A stretch of DNA of 64,000 nt, from assembly GCA_951406725.2 (NCBI GenBank), contig OX597817.1, forward strand, positions 106,640,001-106,704,000. The letters are read 5' to 3'. The translations under genes were made by a program, and so were the position numbers. Source of the DNA: Octopus vulgaris (taxonomy: Eukaryota). Shown here piece by piece: positions 1 to 12,800 of this stretch. Position 1 is the first letter of the stretch. Every line of letters begins with the position of its first letter. The notes beneath the pieces were generated by a model that worked only from the letters and a program-made list of their open reading frames with translations, did not search any database and had not been told where the DNA came from.

Positions 1-260
1 AGAATGCTGGCACATCAACAAAAATTTTAAGAACTTCTCCAAAAAATGTTCAACATATTTCATCTGAAGAGCTAGAATCTAAGGTAAAAATTGATAAGAA
101 AGAAAGTGCATCTGCTTATGAGAGCTCTCTTTTAATAGTGTATGTAAAGATTTATTCTGATAATAGCAAGAGTTCTCTGATATAGGCCTTCATTAACTGA
201 AGATGAAAGATTCTGATTTGAGCCTCTGATCAGGGTACTTTAGATCTCTCAGATGTTTAA
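1..260 (+). pseudogene. Decayed partial copy of the TMF1 large exon (matches about 1681-1960)
   Basis: Colinear matches, e.g. catcaaca, tttcat.tgaaga.ctagaatc, ctgcttatgagag.tctctttta, agatgaaag.ttctgattt, tctgatcagg; contains indels and stops. Confidence 0.8.
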
Positions 261-1091
261 CTTAGTAAGCCTTTTGACTGAAGATAATTTCTCCATGACT
301 GTAAGCTCTTCAGTTTTCAGTAGATTCTGCTGCCAAACTCAATTCATCAATACATAAAGGTTCCTATGTGTATTCATCTTGGAATTTTTTAATTGCTTCA
401 GGAACTAAAATTAATATAAAAAATTTGAAACTAACACAAACACTAAATTTTCAAATGATTTCATTCCACTTTCGATACTTCACAAAAATGACATAGACTG
501 TTTTCAAAATCCAGTTTTCCAAATATACTTTTCTTTTATCTGTTTCAATCATTGGACAGTGACCATACTGGAACTATAGAAACTACTTTCATTTGTTCAC
601 TAAACTATAGAACATTATATGCTCAGCTATCTTCTCTAAGTCAATAAATGCAAGAAGATATATTTGTTCTTTGCTAAATATTTCCCTTGCAGATATTTAA
701 CTAAAATATCATATCTTGGGTCCTTTATCTTGATACACTCCATGCATCCCATCTAGGCTTACTTTATCCATAAATTTGCAATGACTCTTTGAACAAAAGT
801 ACTACTGGTGAATGTTCACATTGTACAAATATTAATATGCTTTGTTTTAATGAAATTATGTTATAAATATTAAGTTAAAAAATAATATTTATAAGATGAA
901 CTTAATTGGTGAATTTATGTCCTCATACTGTTTTGGCTTTCTGTTTGTTTTTTGGTAAAGATTCAGAAACTGTTGTCTAGAATAGGAATTGTTTTTTTCT
1001 AAAATAAGCTGTAATTATTGTTCATAGATTTAAAAATTTCATTTGTATTTTTAAATTTACTTAATCTGTATTTTTAATTTAATTTTTATAG

Positions 1092-3089
1092 ATCATAGAT
1101 CTTCAAAAAAAGAAATCGAAGACTCCAGCTGGTCTACTTGGCTTCCTTTTGATCATGAGAAACTAACATCACCTCGTAGTTCCTGGTCTTTGCCATTTGG
1201 CTTAAAAAGCGAACCAGAAAATGATAGCTTTTTCACTCAGCAACCAAGTACACCTGTCACACAGCAAGCTCCAAAACAGACCAACTTACCACCCATATAT
1301 CCTTCAAGAAATAATTCTGCAAAAGACTTATTAAATCAGACACAAGAGACAAGTGAGAAAATAAAAGGTGAAACTTCTCAGTGTACTACTTTGGAAGCTG
1401 AAACAGAGAGCCATAAGGATAAAACTGAAGTAGTCCAAGCAACTTTGGATCCTTCAAGCAAAAATAAAACTAAGAAAAATGAAAAACACTCATTATTTGA
1501 TTCAGTAGAAAATAAATCAGATTCTCCAAAAGAGGATTCTTTTATAGATATTTCTTCAATTGAATCCAATATTTCATTTGATAGTGAAAAATCTAATTTT
1601 GTAGAACATGATGAATCTATAGCAGAAATTAAATCTACCATGGGTAAGGCAGTTCCTGATTTTGAAGAAATTTCATCTTCAAATACAGGCTCATCAACAG
1701 AGATTTTAAAGAGTTCTACAGAAGCAAATATTTCATTTGAAGAACTAGAATCAGAGGTGAAAACTGATAATGAGCGAGAAAGTACACCTGCTTATGAGAG
1801 TTCTCTTTTAGCAGTGTGTGTAAATACTGATTCTGATAATGGTGAGAGTCCACTACAGATGAAAGGTTCTGATTTTGAGCCTGCAGCCTCAAGAGACAAT
1901 AACAAACCTTCTCATCAAAGTTTTCACTCTGATCAGGAGAATGTAGGGCTCTCAGATTTAGATTTACAAAATTTTCAGCCTATAGAAATTGGAAAACAAA
2001 CACTGGAGTCTGCAAATGATTCTCTTCAAGAAGATGAAAATGCTGAAATTAGTATAGTAAATGAGGACCTCAAAACTGTTAGTGGTACTGATGCTCTTCC
2101 CTGTGATAACTCAAATTTGATGGATATTACTTGTGAATCTTTAAATAGTTTCCATACTGTTATCAGATCACAAACAACAAGTGATAAAACTAATAAATCT
2201 GATGTAGTGGAAGTTGTTGAAAGCTGTGATATAACTGAATTTACTCAATCTGCCTCTCAGGCTCAAGTGGAGCCTTCATCTTCATTGGTTTCTGAATCAG
2301 TTGAAGATCATTATGACAAAACTCTTTCAGAAGAAGGAAAGTTACTAAGAGATAATAAAAAGATTTTTAAAGGTGTATGTGAAACTCCTATAAATAACAA
2401 ACAACAGGAACTTGAAGAATATAGTCCATTAAGTCCAATTGTAGAGGTAATTGAAGAAAGTTCAAACAAAGTAGATTGTTATGAAAGTAAAATTGACAGT
2501 AGTGCTAATACAAGCAGTTGTTCATCAGAGACTGTTATAGAGAAGGTGTCTACAATAATTGAAACTGAAGGAAAACAAGAATTAGAAGCTGCTAGTACAG
2601 AAAGTATCATGTCTTCCTCTTCCAATAGTTCCTATGTCAAATGTCTTATAGAAGAAGCAATGGAAGAGGCTCGGTCTGAACACAGTGATAGCCATTCAAA
2701 TTCAGCTGACCGATCAGAGAGTTCCAAAACGGAGTCTGAGCATAATAGTGAAAAGAGTGTCAGTGGTCATGATTCTGGTGATGAAATAGACACAACAACA
2801 TCATCAGATATCGAAATAATATCTACTCCAACCCCAAATGGAGAACGCGGTGAGCGTTTGTTTGATTTATCTCCATTACGAATAACATTGCACAAAAGCT
2901 TACGACGGCATAGTCCTGTTCATGCCCACCAACGATCAGATAGCCAGTCAAGTTCTAGTACATACAGCAAATGTGGAGAATCCGATCAGTTAAGTCCTGG
3001 ACGTGATAGCTTAGAACGACAAGATCTAGAATCTGGAGACGAGAGTAAAGAAGGTGCTACTCCTTCAGTTAAAGAAGAGCCAAATAATG
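1092..3089 (+). CDS. TMF1: TMF1 exon, 1998 nt, acidic Ser/Glu-rich low-complexity region
   Basis: tttttatag acceptor at 1091; open frame containing ORF 1190..3097; donor G|gtgagt at 3089/3090; phase 1-1. Confidence 0.9.
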
Positions 3090-3841
3090 GTGAGTAATTT
3101 ACTTCTTCAATATTGATGCTGATTTGTCTTCATCTATCTACCTATGACAAGTATATAGAGGAAGACATATCCAGTCAAGTGCTGGGGTTGATATAATCAA
3201 CTGTTTCTGCCTACACAGTTTGTGGCCTTCTTCCCATGTAATAGATCAATATTGATAACAAACGCTGCTTCCTAAAAAACATAATTTTCTTACAATAAAG
3301 TATTTCAGTATCTTTTTTTTTTAACCAATTGTAGATTTTTGTTTTAACTCTCATTGATAGCTTTGTGATATTATATTACATTCTTTTACATTCTGAGTTC
3401 AAATTCCATTGGGCTCAGTTTTATCTTTGAGTTCTCTTGGTTTAATGAAATATATATATAAAAAGTCAAATACTGATGTCAGTTAAATAAACTACATGCA
3501 TTTTCTTTATGCATTTGTAGTTATGTACCAATCATCATCATCATCATTTAACATTTGTTTTCCATGCTGGCATAAGTTGGATGTTTGATTGAAGCTGGTA
3601 TAGCCAGGGGCCATACCAGGCTCCATTGTTTGTTCTGTATGATTTCTTACTTACTAGAACCTTAGACGTTGCTAAGTTAAGGCGCAGGAGTGGCTGTGTG
3701 GTAAGTAGCTTGCTAACCAACCACATGGTTCCGGGTTCAGTCCCACTGCGTGGCATCTTGGGCAAGTGTCTTCTGCTATAGCCTCGGGCCAACCAAAGCC
3801 TTGTGAGTGGAATTGGTAGACAGAAACTGAAAGAAGCTGTC

Positions 3842-3889
<48 letters not shown>

Positions 3890-6800
3890 ATATGTTTGTG
3901 TGTCTGTGTTTGTCCCTCTAGCATTGCTCGACAACCGATGCTGGTGTGTTTACATCCCCGTCACTTAGCGGTTCGGCAAAAGAGACCGATAGAATAAGTC
4001 CTGGGGTCGATATGCTCGACTAAAGGCGGTGCTCCAGCATGGTCGCAGTCAAATGACTGAAACAAGTAAAAGAGTAAAGAGTTAACCTTAAGACCATTTG
4101 ATTCTAGGTTTTGCTTCCACGCCTGAAATTTTGTTCACCAATGTTAGTTATTATTGAAATTTTTCAGACTATCAATTTGTCTTTTAAGTTGAACATTTTA
4201 TTTTTACATTGTGACGTATATTTGCCATTTAAATATGGCTAACCCCTAAGGGTGGATGCTACTGTAGTTTGTAGCCTCAGGAGGACACCTCCTCCAGCTG
4301 GCTAAAGACACACTTTCTGTGCCCTTAGGGGTTAGCCATATTTAAATGGCAAATATACGTCACAATGTGTTACAGCTACTGTTTATAAATCACTGTAAGA
4401 TTTATTATTTTATTTTTAATATTCTACAAATTTTTTGATTGGTTTGATTTCTGATCATTATCAGGTGCCTTATTCCTGCATATGTACATAATACAGACAG
4501 GATTCAATCTGGAAGCCTTTATCTTTAAACTGAGCATATACTCTTACCTACGAGGCCACTGAAATTACATTATTAGTGACAACAACTCATAACTATCTTT
4601 CCTTCTCCACCACCATATGTTTCTCATTCATCCCATGTGCTATTTCTGCATCTCTCTCTCTCTTCCCTCCTTTACTCTTGCGACTTATCCCTCCTAAATA
4701 TCATTTCTCTTAGCTGTACCGTCATTACTATACTGTTCCATCCATCATTAGTCACTCCATACCCTTTATCCACCATTTACTATCCAATATACAATTTTCA
4801 CCTACTCTTCCCTACCTCTCCTACTTATCACCTCCCAATACTTGTTCGTCATTCATTATACTCACTCCCCCACCCATTCCCTACACTCCACCCATACTTT
4901 TGGTTTTTCTGTCCTCACTCACTTCTACTCACCTCATACCTTGAGAATCCACTATTTCTGTCTCTTCCCAGCTTCACCCTGATCACCTCATCTACTCTCT
5001 CTCCTAAAATAGGAGAAGCCACGTAGCTCCTCTACAACAAGAAGTCTGTTCTCCTCTTGCCTCTTCTGTAAAATTTATCACATTTCCAGGCATAACTCTC
5101 TTGTGGTATGTAATCTTGCAAGTTGCATGGTGACCTCACTGGTATTGGCACTATGAAAAAAAGCACCCAGTACATGCTGTAAAGTGGTTGGCTTAGGAAG
5201 AGCATCCAGCCATAGAAACTAAGCCAGAATAGACAGTGGAGCATAATGCAATTCTTGTGCCTGTTGGATCCTATCAAACCATGCAATCTATGCCAGCATG
5301 GAATGTAGACATTAAATGACAAAGATGATGATTATGATGATAATATATAGTTGTTTGTAAACTAAATGTAGTAAATTGAAACAAGTATATTTCTGAGTTT
5401 AAAAGCAAGTTTAACTTATCAGCAAGGTATGATTTCAGTATTATCTAATAGATCAAATGTTGCAAATTTAACACAGTAAAGCAGAAGTTGTTATTGAAGT
5501 TTGTAGCTTAACTTTTGCTATCAGTTACCATTGCTTGGTTACGAACCCTGGTATCTTAGAAACCTGATTTAAAAGAATATTAATAACTATTTATAATGGT
5601 ATGACTGTCTAAACAATACCCACTAAGTGAATCCTTGTTATCAGTGTGTAACTAAAACTCTGAATGACCACTACCATATCCCTAGATGAGATCAGGCAAA
5701 CTGCAGTGTAGAGAAAGTTCCATGTAGAATATGATATGGTCACTTATAAATATGGAATTAAATAAAACAGTACATGGCTTAGTACTTAGGGTATTTGGCT
5801 TACAATTGTAAGGTCATGGGGAGTTCAGTTCCCAGTAGTGTGTTGTGTCCTTGAGCAAGACACTCTATTTCATGTTGCTCCAGTCCACTCATCTGGCAAA
5901 AATGAATAGTACCTGTATTTCAAAGGGCCAACCTTGTCACATTCTGTGTCATGCTGAATCTCTCTGAGTGTGTCTGTGGAGAGCTCAGCCACTCCACTTG
6001 CACATTAAGTTCATGGGCTATCTATTCTGTTGATCATATCATAGTTGTAACCAGTGGAGTGCCAGATATATATATATATGTACACACACATCGTTTTTGT
6101 CCATTTTCCATGCTGGCATGTGTAAGGTGGTTTGACAGGATTCAAGGATTGGAGGACTATATCTTCAATGTCTCATTCTTGGCATGGTTTCTGTAGCTGG
6201 ATGCACTTTTAACGCCAACACCAGCTACTATATAGAGTGTATTGGGTGCATTTTTCCAAGGCACCAACCCTATAGAGGTTGCTTTGTTGTCAGCAATACT
6301 TAAGAGCTCTCAGGTCCTGCATTGTCACTGCTTGAATTGATTATCAATCACTTACAGAGTGTATTGGGTGCTTTCTGTGGCAGTAGCACTGCTAGAATGT
6401 GCCCTGCAGCTGGCAAAGTAGAGAAGAGCTTTTCTGATGGACGGAATAGATTTATGTGGGAGAATGATAATGGAGAAATAACAGAGGTAACAGTATTGGG
6501 GTGAGAGTAATGGAGACACAAGAGAGGAGTTGGAAAGGGGAAGAGTAATGTCAAGGGTTAGTGTGCAGTAAAGAGTGAGGACAAAGTGGTTTTGGTAATG
6601 GGGTGGGTTGAGTAGGTGGGCACAGTGATGTAGTAGATCAATCCATCTGCCATTGCCTGTATTGATTGGATTATCTGCTTGGGGTTAAGACAGTTCTTAT
6701 TGGAGCTATATAGGTTTATTATTGAGAGAAGGATGGTAGGAGAGAGACTAACAGAGATCGTGTTAGAAAAGTGGGGAGTATTAGGAGAGGAAGTGAAAAG

Positions 6801-9800
6801 TAGTGTCTGGGAGTTAGTGAAAGAGAATGAATGGATAGGACTCTGGGGAGGTTTGTGTTGGAGGAGATGCATGGCTGCCACATGTTATATATGGCTGGGT
6901 AAAGTAGTGCATGAAGAAAAGACAAGACAGTGGGGAAGAGAAAAAATAGTGTCAGGGTTAGTGAAGGAGAGTCGGTGATAAGGGCAGATGAAAGGGAGGT
7001 GAAGGATTGAGTAGGAAAGGGGAAATAAGATGAGAAACCAATGCATATCTTTAAGATAACATGTCTAGAAGAGTATACTGACAGGAGAGTCAGGGATGGT
7101 GGATAAAGGTTCTTTGTGCACAGTGTTCACTCAAGCATCTGGATTTAGGAAGTAAGAGGGAGAAGTGATGGCAGGATATAGATGGTGGAGGTATGGAGAA
7201 GGGAGATGTTTAATATGCTCAAAGTGAGTATTTTCCTCTCAGTTTAGGGTGGCATGGTGCAGTGAGTATAAGAGATGAATGTGGCAATGAATGGGTACAG
7301 AATAAGAACAGTAGTTAGGAGAATAAATGGTGGGAGGGTGTGAGAATATAGGTTGGGTGATATATAGTGGGTGATACATGTACAAAACAATAGACAAGAG
7401 AAGAGGTGCATGCACTAGGGTTGTGCAGGTGGCTTGGTCAGTTAGTGCAGTCTTCTGTGATCTCCTTCACTTGGGACTTATTCCTAGTCATGTGGTCCTC
7501 TTATGGTTGTCCTACACGGACTGTAGCATCAGTGGTGCCACCTTTTCCTTGAGTAACCTGGTCTAACAGTTTAATACTTCTGTAGTTTTCTCTCTCACTT
7601 GTGCCTCTTACAATGAGATTGCAATGTTGGTCATTGTCTGTATTACTTGATTTACTATATGAGCAACTATTTTGGTAATGAGAGTTGCTGAAGCATGGAA
7701 CAAACTGCTGGCATCAGTTGTTAGTTGTCGGAGCACTGCATCCTTCAAAACTTCCATGCTTTCTGAGATTCGCCAACACTACACCTGATTTTCTCCCCTC
7801 CATACACACACAGGCAGGTATCTGACTCATACATTGTTCGCTTTCCAGACATTTGTACATTACTGCATATACTCTATACGCACTTTCTGACAAGTTATGG
7901 TGCACCTGAGCACTGTATACAATAATTTCATCATTATTATTATTATTTTTATTTTGACTATTGAATATTTTGTAAATGAATTTATTCATATTTTTACAAC
8001 ATGGCTGTCAGTGTTTCAGCAAAGAAAGTGTTTGCTAACCCCATCAGATAAATGTTTCAGAAGCTGTCAAGAGATGTTTCTGATTAATTTCTTAAGATGT
8101 TTCTTGGTTGGTTTGACTTTTCTGTGTATCTAGTTAAGGGTCTCATTTTGTTTGTGGAAATGACTGTACAGGAAATTAGTAAGATCATTTACCAGTTTAT
8201 AAAAGTTAAACTGTGAAGGCATTTATAAAATGTTTAAGAAAGATGTTATAAGGGTATATTAATTAGTATTGACAAACGTTTTATAAAACAAATGTTTATG
8301 TTTTGTAGATAAAGATTCACCTGATGTTCCATTGGATGTTAAAGATGCATGTCATCCAGATAAATTGCTTAAAGTAAGTAACTACTGTTCTTAGAATATG
8401 TTGTTTTTCACACCTATTCCTCAGTAATATTTCATGCATTTATACAGGATTTCTAATGTTTAGCTTTCACTTCATTTCAATCTATGTTTCTGAAATTTGA
8501 ATTATGCTTGCAATTTCTTGTGATTAATTGTGCTAATACTTGGAATAAAAATACTTCACTAAAGCATTTAACCAATCATTTACAAATGACTAGCTGGAGT
8601 ATTAATATTTTAAATTGAACAAAGACCTAATCACTGCATTTGCCAGCACACTATTACTAAGTAAATTAAAAGAGAGTAATGAAACATCTGGTCTATGCTA
8701 TTTACCCTATAGAAGCTTCTTATTGTTTTAATGGTCCTTTTTTGTCTTGTTCTTTTATATTGATGAAATGCACCATATCCACTGCAGGAAACAAAAATAG
8801 AGTGTTTTGAAATTTTAAAACACATTCTATATATTTAGATACATTTGTCAATAAAATTTAGCTATAGAAATATATTACCAAAACATAGATAGATCAATAT
8901 ACACTGTCATCATAGGAACCATTGGAATAACAAATCAGTTATTTACTTGGTGATTGATGTTTAGACCTAGATCGACCTTGATTGAAGAGATCTAGGGTCA
9001 AATGTATAACAGATGTTACCATCCCATTTTCTTGTGTTTGACCTTATGTATTTAAGACTCCATTATCCAGTTTATCCTGTGTTATGTCTTCCTTTTTTTT
9101 AAGATGGTAGGGTGCAATTTGAGGGAGATTTGGCTGTTAATCCTTGTACTTGAGCAACTGCTTAGAGGTTCACTCATTGACTTGTTATTCAGTTTTTAAT
9201 GGATACTACTGTATATGTTTCATATAGTTTGATTTGAGCATGAAATTATATTTTATATAGTAGTAGATAGATTTTATTTATTTAACTAATCTCTCTTCAT
9301 ACTGGTTGTATATAGTGGAAAGCAATATGCATGGACGTGCGCGCACACACACACACACACTGAAGACACATACATTCATTAAGCAATTAAATAAAGGTAG
9401 TCCTTTGAACTGAGCTGTCTTTGTAGACCATTATATGTCTTTGTAGAGCATTATATCCTTACAATATAATTATCTCAAGTCTTTTCCAGTTGTTTACTAG
9501 TGCTGTCTCCACTCCCTTCTCAGTTCAAACTTCATACTCTGATTGCTTGCTCATATCACTCATCAATGCCTTTGCCTCTCAGCACACCAATTAAGTTCAC
9601 TATCTTATAAAAATATCTATTGCTTTATCTGGCTGGCCTTTTTTATTTTTAAGTTTATTCTTTTACTCTTTTATTGGCTTTGAGTATTTTATGTAATTAT
9701 ATTGTCCCCAGTACTTTATCTGGCAGGTAAACATTTACGCTGGCCCCCATTTATCAAATGACTAATTGTTGCTGGGCATATATCTTTTCAAAGAATTGCT

Positions 9801-12800
9801 GACCTTTTATGGACTTAAATATAACAAAATATTTACACTGGTTTACACACACTCACACACCCCCACACACACACATATGTATGTAGAGGAAATATTACCT
9901 TAATTAAAATAAGGTGAGAATTGGTGTTAGGAAGAGCAGCTTATTGTAGAAAAATCTGCTTCAACAAGTTTTTTTCTAACTGATGTAAGCATGGAGAAAT
10001 GATCTTTAAAATAGTGATGGTGGTGATATACATGCATATATAATGCATAGTGTGTGTCTGTATATGTATACACACACACACATACAATCAATACATAAAT
10101 GCAAAACAAGGTGGAAAAAATGGTATTTGAATGACAAGGGTAGAGTAATATGCTTTTATTAAAGATGAAAAAATTTTCACAAACAGTTTGTGAAAACTTT
10201 TTCAGCTTCAGTAAAAGTATATATTCCTTTATTTGTTTCAGTCATTTGACTGTGGCCATGCTGGAGCATCGCCTTTAGTCGCAAACTGACCCCAGGACTT
10301 ATTCTTTGTAAGCCTAGTACTTTTTCTATCAGTCGCTTTTGCTGAACCAAATTACAGGGATGTAAACACACCAGCATCAGTTGTCAAGTGATGTTGGGGG
10401 GGACAAACACAGACACACAAACATATATATATATATATATACGATGGGCTTCTTGCAGTTTCCATCTACCAAATCCACTCACAAGGCTTTGGTTGGCCTG
10501 AAGCTATAGTAAAAGACACTTGCCCAAGGTGCCACGCAGTGGGACTGAATCTGGAACCATGTGGTTGGTAAGCAAGCTACTTACCACACAGTTGCTCCTG
10601 TGCCTATGTATATGTTCTTTTTATAATACAATAGAATGTTTGATTTGAAGGAAGTTTTCCTGGTTATTTCTAGTCTGAGTAGATCTTTAATGAAAGTGTT
10701 AAATTCCTCTTTCTGTATATCATTTTCTAAAATATCCCTCTGTTTTAGAAAAGGTAGATTCTGATTTTTTTGAGTTCTGGCTGCTACTTTTAGCAGGTCA
10801 GTCAATTGCATTAGTTCTTGTTGTTGTTAGCTTTGGATCAACTCTGATAGATCAGACTTATGGTAAAATGTGTTCTTTTAATACTGGTAAGCTGTCTTTT
10901 TGAATATCAATAAGTCTGTTGCTCAATGTGTCCTTCCTTTTTAAAGACTGTAAGCATATAATTTGAGGAAGATTTGGCTGCTATATCTAGCGATTTGAAT
11001 GGCTGTTTATAGACTATGTCATTGATTACCACATAAAGCTACCTTAAGTTGCTCTTTTGCCCCAGGTTAAACCTTATTGAGTAGACCTATGTTAATGCAT
11101 TCCAATGCGACTTGTCTTTTTGTATATCAGGGACTGCATTATGAAAAGTATCTTTTTCCTTTATTAAGATTATGTGTGGTTTGAAGGAGATTTGGCTGCT
11201 ATTTCAAGCAGTTTGAGTGACCACTCAGTCTTATTTTTGTCACACATATTGATAGAGATTGTGTGCATGTGTGTGTGCATGCATTTTGTGACATTTACAT
11301 TCAGTAAAAGGCATACCTTGAGCATTCAAATGCACAGTTTAGTGGGAAAATTAATAAATATTTTAAGTATTGTTCCATGTTTGCTGCAGATATTGTGTGT
11401 GTGTGTGCATGCACATGTGTGTATGTGTGTGAACCTGTTTAAATTGACATTCAATAAAGGGCACGTCCAATTTATTCAAATGCAGAGTTTAGTGGGAAAA
11501 CTGACATTTAAAATATTGTTTCTTGTTTGCTACAGTCATAGTATGTGTGTGAGAGTGAGAGATGAAAAACTGGCACTTTTGGGAACCCACAATCAGGAGG
11601 GAACACAATTTTGAATACTTTGTAAATGAATTTATTCATATTTTTACAACATGACTGTCAGTGTTTCAGCAAAGAAAGTGTTTGCTAACCCCATCAGAAG
11701 TTGTCAAGAGATATGTTTTTGACAATATTCTTAAGATATTTCTAGGTTGGTTTGACTTTTCTGTGTATATAGTTAAGGGTCTCATTTTGTTTGTGGAAAT
11801 GACTGTACAGGAAAGTGTGATATCAAAGAATTATTTTCAAGTTATTCTAAAAACACTTTCTCTGGATGGAGAAATCCTTGGAAAGAACAGTTGGTGTTGG
11901 AACAGATGCTAGTAACACAGAGGGGGCTTAGTGATTTTGTTGCTTTACTCTTGTTGCATAATTTAAAATCAAATTTCGTTTTTCTTAACCACCTTTTGCA
12001 ATTCTGAAACCATGACCTTCACTGAGAAAAAATATCTCCACTGGTTCTTTGATCCTTTAGCGTTTAAACCAGCCATATCCAGCCAAAATATTCTACTTTT
12101 TATATGTTCAAACAGCCTAGATCTTGCTTCTCATACCAACCCTGCAATATTCATCATCATCATCATCATCGTTTAACGTCCGCTTTCAATGCTAGCATGG
12201 GTTGGACGATTTGACTGAGGTCTGGCAAACCAGATGGTTGCACCAGGCTCCAATCTGATCTGGCAGAGTTTCTACAACTGGATGCCCTTCCTAATGCCAA
12301 CCACTCCGAGAGTGTAGTGGGTGCTTTTATGTGCCACCAGCACGAGGGCCGGTCAGGCGGTACTGGCAAAGGCCATGCTCAAATGGTGCTTTTTATGTGC
12401 CACCTGCAAAGGAGCCAGTCTAGCGGCACTGGCAACGACCTTGCTCGAATGTTTTTTCACATGAAAATTAACAGTTACCTCATCAAAATCTCATAGCTAC
12501 AAGGCAATGCATGATTAATTCAAAACAATGTGATTAAAAAAAGTATAACTTTTGCTAGAATAATGTAAATTGCTAAAGGGTTAATTTTTGTGATATATTT
12601 ATAATTATCCAAATCAATTTGAAAATATTTGACTTTCTTGATGTCTCTAATTTCTTGTACCGTCTTTTTCACAAACCAAATGAGATTCCTGGTTATATAC
12701 TCAGAAATTCAAACCATCCAAGAAATATCTTTAAAATATATCCTTTATAATATCTAGTCTGATAGCAAATGAACAAATTTTTCAAAAACAATGTTTATCA

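Noticed and set aside
1190-3097. 635-aa ORF as a stand-alone single-exon gene
   Set aside because: Starts at TTG, has a clear acceptor upstream and donor at 3090; it is an internal TMF1 exon.
3681-3750. tRNA gene
   Set aside because: tRNA-like A/B boxes are the head of a multicopy SINE; no complete cloverleaf.
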